A DNA stretch of 64,000 nucleotides from Glycera tridactyla (Eukaryota): positions 30,380,001 through 30,444,000 of the forward strand of contig OZ286467.1 of NCBI GenBank assembly GCA_965644265.1, read 5' to 3'. The position numbers and the translations under genes are program-made. Positions 1 to 13,490 of the stretch are shown one piece after another. Position 1 is the stretch's first letter, and each line of letters starts with the position of its first letter. A model generated the notes under the pieces. The model was not told where the DNA came from and searched no databases. It worked only from the letters and a program-made list of their open reading frames with translations.

Positions 1-501
1 ATAACCTAAGATATCTACATCCAAGACATGTCATGAAGATAGTGAACATGGTCAGCAGACTGAATATCACATTGACAAATGTGAAACTTCATCAAGTTTG
101 CTAGATTTGGTATTCTACGCCCCTGCTTCCATGTCGCTGGGAAAGCAGCTGCCAAGAGTGTGGATTAATATTTGTTCTTATTTCTTTTCCAACCATGTGA
201 ATACCCATGGGAAGCTCACATATCACATCCGACCCAGCTGGTTAACAGAAACATTGTGTGTGACAATATCGAGGCCGTTCCATAGAGGATTGGGTGTAGC
301 TAACATATTGGACCCTTGAGAGTCGAGAAAAGGTGTCAGGGGACCCATGAGATGGCTACTCTGAATAGAAAACTTGATGCATAAATCACTTTATCCTGTA
401 GTACATTTGATGGTGACACCTGGCATCCCAGCGGATATTTGTCATCCCATATCACATTCAAAGATCAGCTGTGAGTATATACACATTCACAAAGAGACAC
501 A

Positions 502-502
<1 letters not shown>

Positions 503-549
<47 letters not shown>

Positions 550-575
550 TATATATCTCCCTCTCTCTCTTCCCA
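503..575. repeat. (CA)n/(TA)/(CT) microsatellite
   Basis: Direct sequence. Confidence 0.95.
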
Positions 576-1429
576 TATATATAACTACCTCATGACGTCA
601 CAGTTGATGTCGCATCCCTTCACCAGGGTGACTAATTTGTTATGGGTGACTTCAGGTGTCATCAAAACGACACAATGCTTTTGTGACATCACAGTGACAG
701 GTATTATCCATTGTTACTTTCTCACCATCTCGAATCCCTCGTAATTCAATACATTCATTTGAATCAATTTTGCTATTGATATGGACAAGACCTAGTCGAA
801 AATCTGAAAATATTCTCAAAATTTTCAAGGGATGAAATGATATTCTGTGCTATTTTGAAGAAAATGTTATAGGGTGACTGTGGTGTGGCAGCCAATAAGA
901 GATATTCATCCAATTCTGACTGGTTAGCATCTGCACAGATTGAATATACGGTTTTCTTCATTTAAAACTATCCCACTCAACATGGAATGGAGCTTGGAAA
1001 GAGTCATCCTTGCATTTCTTCACATCATTCTCACTGCTTCTTCCAGGCTTAAGACAGATTTACTTCTCATGCATGAGAAGTGAAAGGATTGGGCAAGAAT
1101 ACATAATCTGCATACTTGCATCGTTGAGTCAATATATGTCATAAAGCATCAAACTATCTTGAACCTCCTGGGATTTGCTCATGTCTGATAGAAGAGTGTA
1201 AAACTTGTTGTCTAGCAGGAAGACAGTGTTTAATGTATTAGCAGATCGTCCTGGGAATTGTCTGCATCCGATAAACACGTTATCCATAGTTGTTCATGAT
1301 GCAGTGAGGATGGGAAATGTTGTTCACATTCATCATAGTCTGATAGCAGCTAGTTTTCGATGTAATATTCACAAGATTGGCTCATTGGACATTTATATTG
1401 TTCATGCTTACCTTAGTGATGATTGTTGT

Positions 1430-1444
1430 TGATGATGATGATGA

Positions 1445-1475
<31 letters not shown>

Positions 1476-1492
1476 GATGATGATGATGATAA
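1430..1492. repeat. (GAT)n microsatellite (orthologous tract at 51075-51262)
   Basis: Direct sequence. Confidence 0.95.
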
Positions 1493-4075
1493 TTGCTATC
1501 ATTATCATGATAGCAATTATACAATCGATGATGCCATCAATACTAGTAGGGACTAGAGAACATGAATTTTTCAATAAGTTGTTCACCTATCATGACAGAA
1601 CTTCATCAGTTGGGCAATCGAAGTAGATAGCTGAGTCTGATTTGCGAGGTGAAAAAAAATGAAGAGAATGGTATTTATATATACTGCTTTTGACCATGGC
1701 AGTGAGAGAGAAACCTCACAGTATGTGATGCTATGCCCACGGTCTCATTATGGCTTTGATGTATCAGGAAAACGGCGCCTTCTAGTCTGCCATTTATACG
1801 TCTCATCTCCTTATCTTGGCATCCTGTCATTGGTTAGGGGGTTGCTAGATCAGATGGTCACTTGATAGGCATAGAATGCCGAGGATGATCCCATTCGAAA
1901 AACCAAAGCCATGCACGAAATTAGCGGTCTGAGCTGTTTCCGTGAACAGAAAGCGTTCATGCTTATCAGCTTGTACCTACTACACCCATGATGAAATGGC
2001 TTCTTTTGCAGTGACAAAACAAAAAACAGTCAATGATTATCATCACGATAGCATTGGTGATAGGCAGCATTGGGTGTCAGGATGTGAGTCAAAGACAATC
2101 AGAAATCTACCTCACTGGTAACTGGTAATCAGTCTCCTATGTTCATGTTCATATTACACCTGGCATCAGAATATGAGATGAACACAATAAAGAAATTCCC
2201 TCTCCACGTTCACTCTGTATTTCTCTTGAGCTAAATGGAATCGATAAATATACTCTATTGGAAAAAGCTGACTGGGATCCTATCTCTATATTCACACTGT
2301 TTCTGATTTTACAATATGAGGTGAATGTGATGACAAATGTACTTCACTAAAGACAGCTAGTTGGCATCCCATTCCCTTTCTTCTCGCCCTGCACCTGGTC
2401 TCAGAATGTGGTATGATCATGGTAGAAATCTACTTCACTAGTAACAGCCAGCTGGCAACCCATCATCATAATCACTCTTCTTCGAAAAATCTTGATGACC
2501 GAACATATCCTTTTTGTTGGCTCTGACTGATGAGAAGCAGATTGAACACATTCGATACTCAGTTCTTTCTGGAATATAATGCAATAAGTCATGAATATGG
2601 TGATCTCAGCCTAATCTTCAGCAGGGCTTAACAAGATCATCTATCATACTCATATGTCAGAACAACTTTCAATTCACCTATCATCATAGACTTCACAAGA
2701 AATATATACACTCACCATCGGGTGAACACCTACAACCACAGTAACCATTCGTTGGACTGAAAACCTCAATGGGTGTGGTTTACGTGAAAAGGACTAGACC
2801 AAAGATCACAGACACAGATCTAGGGGAGTACTATTCTAGCGAACATTATTTCTTGCATCCTCTATTCCGGAGAGAATGCCCACGATATTGGAAGATTCTC
2901 TACCTCAATGGAACTATTGCCCATTTCTTGAGCAGAATATGAAAATGACTGTGATTTGATATGGAAAACGCATACCAAGTGAAAATGACTAAAAACCAAT
3001 CAAAACATAGAAGCGATCCAGCGTTTGTGCTACGAGACGAATAGGAGAGATTTTGATCACAAAAATATGCGCCGACTCAGTGTTTTCCAGCAGAAAAAAT
3101 ATTTATTTGAGAGAGAAAAGAAAAACTAATACGGTGTAAACATTATCAGGGATTGAACGAAAACATACACTGATCTAGCATCAAAACATATGCAAATCTA
3201 GCGTCAGCTCTGCGCGACGGATAGGAGAGACTCTGGATACAAAAACATGCAATAAGTGAGTGTTTTGTCAGCTAGACACTGATGATGAATCAAGCTAGGT
3301 CCCATTATTAGCGTACAGCTTGGTCATGTACGGCCTATCTATTCTCATTCATTTTGAAGAGGATTGATCAGGCGTATTTTGCTCCTGTCCACTCTTATAT
3401 AATTCCCAATCTGATATTTCAGAACTGTACTCGACCTATGCAGGCCTTCAGCAATGCCTGGCAGATCGAGGGGTGACAAAGAGGGGCATAGAGCAGAGAA
3501 CAAGATCGTGAGGAAGAAAATGCAGTGAGAAATGGAGGAAAGGGAGATGAAGAAGGAGATATTGTCCCGGAGAGGAAAAGACGGAGAAAGGGAGAAAGAA
3601 AAAGAAAGAGAGAGGGAGGGGTGGGGGGGGGGTGAGGAACATTGAGTGCATGGCAGAGCGATGTTTTAGAGAGAGGAACCATGAAAGATAGAGAGGGTAT
3701 ATCCATTCCTTTCTCCTCTTTCTGTCTCTGTCTGTCTGTCTCTCTCTATCTTTCTCTCCTTTTTTTACCCCCAGTCTGTGGCATCATGACCGTATCTATT
3801 CCTCACACAGATACTGCTATTCAAGTGCTGTCATAAACTGATCTGTGTGTCAGTTATATCTGATGACATGTGTTAAAATGTACCCATTCCTCTGAAAAAA
3901 AATCATGGATCGGGCAATTGATTTCTTTGCCGATAACTGAAAGGCCAAACTCTTTCACAGCTCATTCAAAGTAGTCCTCTCATATTTACATAATCAGCGA
4001 TCCATGAGATGTAGGGCTATCAAAGTCGGATATGCTTTCTCTCACTGTAGCTTCACATATATATATATATATATT

Positions 4076-4404
4076 TTGAGGGACATCGTACGGAAGAATT
4101 GGGATATCTTGAAAAGATCAGCTGCCACGAAGATACAGAGTCGAAAATAGAATCATTGTTGGCTATTGGAGACCCAAAAATCTGAAAGACATCTTTGTGA
4201 GAGCCAAGATCCCTCAAAACAGAGTGAGCACCGGAACGAACCCAGCAGCGAGTACCAGAATAGGTGCAGCAACCGGAAATGCAATTTTGTCCTCTGCTGA
4301 ACAAGACAGGGCGGATATAAAGTACATTTATGGGCAGGGAATAAGAAGCAAAGATGAATGATACTTGCCACAGCAACATCATCATTTATTGCATCACTTG
4401 TTGA
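4076..4404 (+). mobile_element. Penelope-like element remnant (RT-endonuclease linker and GIY-YIG N-part)
   Basis: Frameshifted peptides LRDIVRKNWDILKRS / IIVGYWRPKNLKDIFVRAK / CSNRKCNF-CPLLNKTGRI / NDTCHSNIIIYCITC match the PLE linker and CCHH/GIY motif. Preceded by (TA)n. Absent from copy B. Confidence 0.8.
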
Positions 4405-5639
4405 GTGGAAATCTCCTATCTCCTAACCATAGTGGTATCAAGAATATGACTTCACACATTCTTGTTTTCATTGATGTTTATCCAAACAAGCAGTCATGGT
4501 ATCAATCCTAGACTACAGTTCTACCACGCCGAGAGCGATTAATGTACTGACAAGCTGTGACTGCCAGCGGGCACCCGCCTCCAAGTTTTGATAGAAAATC
4601 GCCCTGTTCCCTTTACGCTATGGAGGGGGTGAGCGCGGTGCATGTATCAGCGACAACAATCATGTTTAATCCAGAGACCAAGTACCGTGCGTACGTACCT
4701 ATGCACAAAAATAACCAGTTCTGAAGCCATACCGCTATATTTGGAGATAAGACTAATCTGCTAGGTTGGCAGATGACATTTCTCCATTTTCGATGTCAAA
4801 TATAATAATATATTCGGTAAATTTGGCCCGCAACTTGCTGGGAAAAACAAATCCAGCCAATGTTTGTTTGTTTTGTTTGTTTGAGGTTTAACGGCATGTA
4901 TCAACCCACAGGATTATGTATGCCGTGTGTTCCTGGTTAATGAAAGCTAGATGGTCTCTCCCCTGCAGACATCACTCTCACAAACCCTGAACACAAGATG
5001 ATGGGGAACTCCCCGAAAGGTTGTCAAATGGAAGTAGCTGATGGTTCAGACACACCCCTACCAACTCTAACTCTATAAAAAAAAGACATATTGAACCTGA
5101 TGATGGCATATCTAACTATGTAACTGGCTGGAAGCCAACACTCAAGCCTGATAGCTATGCTTTTTTTACGCAAAGCGCAGTACTTGAAACAAGGAAAAGC
5201 ATTAGGTTCGGAGAATACTCAAACAATGTCTTCAATTACGAACTGTCAACTTCAAACCAGCTTTACAATCATGGCTTGCCCCATGCTTGCAGTACAATGC
5301 CATCACACAACCTAGTAAACCTAGTCGCAGCCCTAGTAACCCAGAACTGATGTGCCTGGTACCCGCGTTTTGCATAGTGACAATATCTGCTACAGGCAAA
5401 CCATCAGCCACCTACACCTGAGACCATTTCACTGAAGAAATAAGAAATAGCTTAGAGGGATAGGAAAGAGGTAAAGAAAAAGAAATCTGGTGATAGTGCA
5501 ATTTTGGTAGAAAATGCCTAAAGATAGATGATAGGAATTTTTTAAGGTATGTTTTCATTCAACCCCCCAGTCCAAAAGATATTGAGAAGAAGAGAAGGGA
5601 TGATGCTACAACCCTATTTTAGTATCCAGAGGGCCGTTC

Positions 5640-5988
5640 ATAATTTTCAATCTTATCATTCAGCTCGGTCTTGTTTCTCACAATAGTTTTTGAAAAAAAG
5701 TCCATTCAATACATTTCAAGAAGCATAGCCATCAATATAGGCATGGTAAAACAATGTTTAACCCCTCGTGCGTGTATTGGCCAGCGATACCAGGTACTCC
5801 GCCCTGCTAGCTGTGCCGAGGGCCTCGGACAGCGCCATGTGTCATACCTGGTAACGCCAACCAAGTACACGCACTCGGGGTTAATTATTAAGGTTGAGTT
5901 CAATTGGATCCAGAGACTTAGAACCATGCTGCCTCATGGAATGAATACCAAAGATAAGACACCACTGGATAAAAATAGTAGAAAGTGA
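5640..5988 (+). mobile_element. Penelope-like GIY-YIG C-terminal remnant, interrupted by a MITE
   Basis: VEFNWIQRLRTMLPHGMN matches the PLE terminal motif E..WI..L.T..P.G(L/M)N. A second degenerate copy (QWI..LRTLQP) lies at ~6150-6200. Confidence 0.7.
5762..5880. mobile_element. 119-bp piggyBac-like fold-back MITE
   Basis: TTAA at 5758-5761 and 5881-5884; termini CCCC...GGGG; imperfect ~21-bp TIRs (cccctcgtgcgtgtattgg / ccaagtacacgcactcgggg); internal taccaggta/tacctggta and ccgagg-g-cctcgg inverted pairs. Confidence 0.8.
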
Positions 5989-6510
5989 AGGTTCTATTGG
6001 GGGAGAAATAAGACCACACAGGATGGGAAATGAAGGCTCCAACCAGGCACTATCCTCTAAAGCAAGCCCCATATCCAGGGACTTACCAGGTAATCAAATC
6101 CCACTTCAAGTACTCCTTCACGTCACTCAATCACCACTTTCTGAGCACCCATCAATGGATTTGTTCACTGTACTGAGGACCCTTCAGCCCATGGATCTGG
6201 TACATACACCAGCGCCTGGGTAGAGGTTTATATAGTGACTTGATCCAACCCAAATCGAGGGACTTTGTCTTGATCAGGACAAATACCCAAATTTGAAGAC
6301 AATCTGAAATGAAACAGATACCGGAACTCTCGACATCCAGAATCTCTAAGCCTGAAATAATTAAGTAAGTAAATATACTTGTAAGCAAATATAAATTTGA
6401 ACATAAGGGATCATGATGCCCATTGATCTCCAGAGAATTGGGATTTTTATTTCCGTTTCAAATGCTCACACCAAGTCTGGATTTAATTTTCTGGAAATGG
6501 CAATCCGCAT

Positions 6511-6556
6511 CTTGGTCACTGATGAGGCTAATATAGCCGAAACTCGGGAGAACCTG
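6511..6556 (+). ncRNA. Degenerate hammerhead ribozyme core (Penelope pLTR type)
   Basis: CTGATGA (6519-6525), perfect stem II GGCTA-ata-TAGCC, then GAAAC. The cleavage triplet and stem I are not intact. It lies downstream of PLE remnants. Confidence 0.5.
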
Positions 6557-9552
6557 AGCCTGAATCATATATTCAGACTGGGACAATGAGAGAATGAGCC
6601 CTTATATCTCATTGTGACATCACAGGAGAATGCATCACTAAGCAGACACCATACGTCACCATGACATACAGTGTCACTTAGTGACGTGATGCGACCGGTG
6701 ATGACGTCGCACGTAAACAACTTCATTCCCAGTCTTATCAGTGGAAGGTGAGGGACGTGCCCTTGCCGCATCCTCTCTGATATATATTTGGCAGTATTTC
6801 GGCATTATTTTGATCAAGAGGAAGCAGCTAGTGTTCCTGGTGAAGATATACGTAATGGATATCAAAGACGGCTCAGGATGTGTTCTGGTCCCTCATTGGT
6901 TTTCTGCACTGACGCTTGAGGAAGATAGGTGGTGCCAAGAACTAATGAAACCAGTCTTCACCATGCACATTGGCGCTCTTGTTGAATTATATGAGCCCAC
7001 GATGAGAAAGAGGAGCAGATTGAATACATATCATCAAGCTCCCGCGCAAAATACTGAAGAATGGTGCAAATAGGGCACAATACGTGAGGTCAGGAGACAA
7101 TCGAATTTGCGGGCGGTCGTTGGTTGAAAAATCGTTTGTCGTGGCGGTTTTAGTAGTGGTGGTAGAGGCGCTGAAGTTGGTAGTGGAGTTGAGGATGGTA
7201 GTGTCGCGGCAATAATGAGAGGAATGATGCTGGGTGGTAATGGTGGTGTTGTTAACAGTCTTGGTGGTAGCGGTGGTGATATTTGTGGGAAAGCTTGGCC
7301 AGACTGCCACTGACTGCGATATTAATGTTCCCCTCTTCCATCTCATGTCCATGCTTTTATTGGTTTAATATGCAGATAAGTCATATAGGATACTGCTTCT
7401 CTTTCGACATGGCCTCATTATTCAGAGCATCCAGGGTGGAGATTCTTTTTCTCAAGCTGAAACCAAAAGCATTCATACAAATACGCAATCAGTGTTGATG
7501 ACTTCATTCGCATATTTGCTCGCCTCCAGCATGCTTTCATCTGATCTTAAATACAACTGGTATCTCCATATTTCAACAGCAACATCACTGCCCAAGATCC
7601 AAAGTACCATTTAAAGAGAGTAATTCGAGCTATACTATCTATACCCAAAAAGTATTGCAGGTAATATTTCTCACCTCTTCATTGCACGGGAAAATGCTTT
7701 ATTGTGGCATAATTGCCAATCTGGCAAGTTCATGAGGAAGAAATAATCGCACATACCACCCCAGTCCACACACGCGTAGGGGCCCCATTATACATTATGA
7801 GTGCTCAATTATATGTCCTGAATGTATTTTCAAAGAGATATTAGAGAGGAAGGTATTCGTTATAAATGTCTTCCAAGGTTCATTACAGCCCAATAGTGTG
7901 TTCCCATCCAGTTCTTATTGTGTAAATGCTGGAATGATCCAGATAACAAGGAATTCCACTAAGTCGCGTCTGATGAGGGTCAATCATTGTAGCATGGCTA
8001 ATTCTGGTGGGCGAACTCTGTGAAATCCAAATCTTGTGGGTGAGTTTTGCACGATATATTCACTATTTTTCGTCTGATCTGAGTTTCTGCTGCACAAATG
8101 TATTGTACAGGTCTTCCGACGAATATCAAAGCTGATTTTAGGTAGTAGGTATGATTCTGAAGAGGATTACATCATCATTTCATTGAATATTTCCTGGCAA
8201 TTCCGCCCGCACCAAAGGTGAAGATTTGTATTGGAAACAGTGGGAATAAGTCGCCACATTCACCACGGAACAAGCGTGAGATCGTGATATTTGGCGTACC
8301 AGGGTGAAATATACAAAGGAAGCTCGCTGTGATCACATTTCTAATTGCTTGAGATGTCAACAATGTTTGTCGATATGTTTCGTTCGAATCAGATGAAAAT
8401 TTGAGTCGCTAGGGAGAAACACGCACATACTACGATTCAAGTTGACATATTTTGATAGCAGATAGGCTTGCAAACCAACTTCCGCACAATTATATAATGA
8501 TGCTAATTATCATGACAAACAAAAAGAGAAGATAGGTGTTGTCATCCTGATGACGGATTCGCACCAATTAGAGTATGATGAAAGGTGATCACACAAATCT
8601 GATCAGTGAAATAATCTATTTTTATCCGTTTATTCTCCTGTTCCTGCTGCTCACTCCTCAGTTTGATAAGGTCGGCTTCAATCACCAACATTGGGTTCAT
8701 TACATCCCATCACTGCAGCCACCGGTTACATTTATGAGTAGCGCGTATTGGCTGTTTCTTAATTGAACACATGTATGTGTTGTTTTCTCAGTGAACCACA
8801 CATATCGAGACATAACGGATTTGAATGCCTTTCGAACTGTTCTGAAATTCCATTGCAGCTTGGTCGAAGGTTTGTGTGCTTCGAATGCTAGGATGGAATG
8901 GTGTGTCAGTTAGCAATCTCGAGATCCATGAGACATCTAAATCTTTTCAAAATCTCCTTTTGAATTGTAAGGGGCTTGGAACAGGCAGCTTGCAGGTGGT
9001 TTGTGAAAGTATGTATCAAGATTGTTAGTATTTGGTAAACTTCGTCCCTTCATCAGGCTCGAAACATTAAACAGGCCCGGGTCACACAGTTTCCGAGTTG
9101 GGTGATGGTGGGCGCACCTATCTGAAAGACGTTGGTCCTGGACTAGGTTAGATCACAAATAGCCACTAGAATTGAATTCCCCTTCGGCGACAATCGAACT
9201 AACGAACGAATGAGTCTGTGCTATTGAGTCAATGATGTTCGGTATGTTCATGCTGCTTCTGTCATGCCTACTCCGATGGAAGAAACACTTGTATCGCAGC
9301 ACTGTGCAATGGTTATCACATGAACAGGTACCCTAGTGAGCCTCTGCTCCCGAGAATATCCCAGATGGAGCGATTACGTGAATCATGGAATATTAGTTCA
9401 TATTTGGTTTATTCACGAGACCTGAATCAATATAGAAGATTTAAGGACCAGCCGAAGGGTTGTGATGTCAATATAAATGAATTGTCATCTGACTTTTCAA
9501 GCCAGATTTGAGGAATAACTAGACAACCTTCAGTAAAAGAGCAGATATTTCC

Positions 9553-10961
9553 TACTCCCATATGCTGGAAAAATCTTGCTTCGAACTAGTTGCATGGATT
9601 CCTGCAGCAAATCTGTAAAATATCGAATATATGACAGTCGTGAGGAGAAAGAGCTCGGCCTCTCTCATTAAGTCAACTCTTGAGGTCATTGGGTCATGGT
9701 AGATGCCCGTTTTAGAAAGGACCTCCAGTTTCTTTGCAAGATAGATGTTCAAGGAAGCATAAAAAACATCTGCACAATTGAATGATCAGAAAAACAGGTG
9801 ACTTGAATGGATAAAGGCCCAACTTTTTGTCAATGATCGGTCTCAGTCGACGGAGTTATCCTGATCTGGAGTTGAACAGATTTAATGCATGGCTAGCATG
9901 ATTCCCAAAGGTTAGATTGAGATCTTATCAGAGTTCAGTGTAACGAAAGTTATCATATGCTTAAAGTACATTGTAAACTCTTGTTATGAGTTGGATGGAG
10001 AATATTTCGACCTCCAAGGAAGCCAGTGTTGTCCGGCAGTTGAGATTGATGACTAGACTTTTGATCATCTCTTATGAGGTCAGGAAATGATATGCACATT
10101 ACCAAATCGATTGAATTATTTTGTGATGCAATCGAAACACATTTGTTTTCTCTAATACGGCCTGCTTTCGAGAGATGAACAGGTCTTTTTGGAGAGGGGG
10201 AGAGGGGGGGGGGGGGGGAAATGAGACTAGGTTCACTGCTGGTATTCGCAATAATCAATATACTCCCATATGCTGGAAAAATCTTGCTTCAAACTAGTTG
10301 CATGGATTCCTGCAGCAAATCTGTAAAATATCGAATATATGACAGTCGTGAGGAGAAAGAGCTCGGCCTCTTTCATTAAGTCAACTCTTGAGGTCATTGG
10401 GTCATGGTAGATGCCCGTTTTAGAAAGGACCTCCAGTTTCTTTGCAAGATAGATGTTCAAGGAAGCATAAAAAACATCTGCACAATTGAATGATCAGAAA
10501 AACAGGTGACTTGAATGGATAAAGGCCCAACTTTTTGTCAATGATCGGTCTCAGTCGACGGAGTTATCCTGATCTGGAGTTGAACAGATTTAATGCATGG
10601 GTAGCATGATTCCCAAAGGTTAGATTGAGATCTTATCAGAGTTCAGTGTAACGAAAATTATCATACGCTTAAAGTACATTGTAGACTTTTGTTATGAGTT
10701 GGATGGAGAATATTTCGACCTCCAAGGAAGCCAGTGTTGTCCGGCAGTTGAGATCGATGACTAGACTTTTGATCATCTCTTATGAGGTCAGGAAATGATA
10801 TGCACATTACCAAATCGATTGAATCATTTTGTGATGCAATCGAAACACATTTGTTTTCTCTAAAACGGCCTGCTTTCGAGAGTTGAACAGGTCTTGTTGG
10901 AGAGGGGGAGGGGGGGGGGAAATGAGACTAGGTTCACTGCTGGTATTCGCAATAATCAATA
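9553..10961. repeat. Recent head-to-tail duplication (708 bp + ~701 bp units)
   Basis: tactcccatatgctgg starts at 9553 and at 10261; the units are near-identical and differ mainly in a G run. Copy B has a single unit (~57420-58060). Confidence 0.95.
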
Positions 10962-11842
10962 TATGAAAGGAGTCAGCATTCAATGTTGTAAATAGTTGCG
11001 AGGTCTTTCACCCATCAGACGTTCCTGTTGTATCAACCTACCATGAAATCTATGGTATTTGTTTATGACGAGGAGAGACTGGTGGTTTTGTTTGGAAATG
11101 AATGCTTCTACCATCAGTGCTGCGCCTGTGTATGTATCGCTGATGGTGGGATTGATGGATACGTCAATTGGGAGAGTTTCAGTCTTTGGCATACATACCC
11201 ATACACAAATATGTCTAGGATGAACACTTTGACTGAAAGATGCTGATACAATAGCTGGCGCTGGCTTCGATGGTGGGGTGACATCTGAAGAAATGGAAAA
11301 TATTTACCTCCCTTCTCCAGACTGGTTCGAAATACCTTTTCAGTCACCTCCCGACGAATGTTGCTGCAAATGATGATGCTGCAATTTGATATTTTGATGT
11401 TACTGAAGACGATCATGGTCATGCTGCTGCTACTGCTACTACTGAACGGCATCGCAAGCTTTCCTCAACTCATAACTATATAGAAAGTATGATGGATTAT
11501 GCTACCACTTTAGGCTTTAAAGCTACATTATACACTCAGCAAAGCTTCAAGAAATGTTGTATCAGGAAGATCAGAATCATAATCACCTTGATGCTGCAAA
11601 ATATCACACGATCAACAGAAAATTGCCTATTTTATCAGAACAGCATACTCCACACAGTTACACTCTCGAATACATACACAAACGGATGGTGGCTGGAAAG
11701 ATAAAATCATCCGACACTCTTTCTGTGAGAAAAACAAAGGGCAATAATTACATTTTGAAACTTCCACCCTCCGATGACTTAAACTGCACCAGGTACTTTG
11801 TAGGTGCTATGAATAATTTCAGTCCATGTTAGGCCAAAGTGC

Positions 11843-12780
11843 AATCACACAGATGTCTCCCGCTGGCCATCACACGGATGTCTCCTGCTGGCCATTACAC
11901 AGATATCTCCTGCTGGCCATCACACTGATGTATCCTGCTAGCCATCACACTGATGTATCCTGCTAGCCATCACCAAGATGTTTCCCACTGGCCATCGCAC
12001 TGATGTATCCTGATGCCCATCACACTGATGTATCCTGCTGGCCATCACACAGATGTCTCCAGCTGGCCATCACACATATGTCTCCTGCTGGCCATCACAA
12101 AGATGTATCCTACTGGCCAACATATGGATGTCTCCTGCCAGCCATAACCTAGATGGCTCCTGCTGGCAAACACATGGATGTCTCCTGCTGGCAATCACGT
12201 AGATGAATCCTGCTGGCCATCACACAGATGTCTCCTGCTGGCCATCACACAGATTGATGCCTCCTAGTGTCCATTACCCAGAAGTCTCCTGTTAGCCATC
12301 ACACCGATATCTCCTGCTAGCCATCACACGGATGTCTCCTAGTGGCCATCACCTAGATGTCTCATGCTGTCCATCACACGGATGTCTCCTGCTTGCCATT
12401 ACACGGATGTCTCCTAGTGGCCATCTCCTAGATGTCTCATGCTGTCCATCACAAGGATGTCTCCCGCTTGCCATCACACAGATGCTCCTGCTGGCCATCA
12501 CACAGATTGATGCCTCCTAGTGGCCATCACCTAGATGTCTCATGCTGTCCATCACACGGATGTCTCCTTCTGGCCATCACACAGATGTCTCCTGCTGGCC
12601 ATCACACAGATGTCTCCTGCTTGCCATCACACAGATGTCTCCTGCTGGCCGTCACACAGATGTCTCCACCTAGCCATCACACAGATGTCTCCCGCTGGCC
12701 ATCACACAGATTGATGCCTCCCAACGTCCATTACCCAGAAGTCTCCTGCTAGCCAACACACTGATGTCTCCTGCTGGCAA
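11843..12780. repeat. 25-bp minisatellite array (ctggccatcacacagatgtctcctg)n
   Basis: Direct sequence, with degenerate units and variant inserts. Confidence 0.95.
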
Positions 12781-12994
12781 TTGTCTGTACCGCATCTTCG
12801 AGGCAGATGTTCATGCCATCGATTTATTCTCCTGAAGGACTACTGCATGTAATGCGAACTATAGTCCGGTATAGATGTTGCATTTATACACTGGCCGATA
12901 TGTTGCAATGTTACAAGGGAAAAAGACCATCACCTTCGATTTCACTTGACTAAGATATTTCTTTTAGCCATCTATCAGGGTGCACCGAAAGAAG

Positions 12995-13490
12995 CATAAA
13001 AGAGAGAAAAAGAGAGAGAGAAAGAGAGTAAGAGACGGAGAGAGAGATGGGGAGAAAGGGAGAGGAAAAGAGCAAAAAAGTGAGCCTGGGACAGGGGGAT
13101 CAGACGGTTTCGTGATGAGGATGATAGTTGGATGGGTGAATCGATGGACGAACAGACAGGCAGATAGACAGGCAGATCGATAGATAGGGACGTGAAAAGA
13201 AAATGAAACAGAGTTCAGGAAGAAGACAGATAGAAAAAGGTACAGATAAAGAGACGAGGAGGCAAGGGGGATGATACGGATGTATGGATCGATCGATTGA
13301 TAGACAGACAAAAAGGGAGACAAAAAACAGATGTGGAAAGTAGGAAAAAAGGAGAGGTGAAAAAAGAGAGAAAGAGAGAGAGAATGAGAGAGGGAAAGAG
13401 ATAAAGGGATAAAGATGGAGAGAGATAGAGATAGAGCGAGAGGGGGGGGGGAGAATTAGAGACAGAGAGGTCGACAGAGACAGAGAGTGC
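12995..13490. repeat. GA-rich low-complexity tract
   Basis: Direct sequence. Confidence 0.9.

Noticed and set aside
1423-1626. Poly-Met, poly-Asp, poly-Pro and GA-derived ORFs (also 12964-13553, 25184-25587, 51029-51301, 63040-63414) and ORFs spanning N gaps
   Set aside because: Microsatellite or gap artefacts.
6987-7352. Thr-rich 121-aa ORF (mucin-like)
   Set aside because: Arises from (ACC)-rich low complexity and is not conserved in copy B; might be a former stalk but unsupported.
9035-9066. Minus-strand hammerhead (ctgatgaagggacgaag)
   Set aside because: No stem II and GAAA is not intact.
11843-12780. CRISPR-like appearance and His/Cys-rich ORFs (also 59251-59941)
   Set aside because: Head-to-tail 25-bp units with no unique spacers and no cas genes; the consensus is stop-free on plus, so the ORFs are artefacts.
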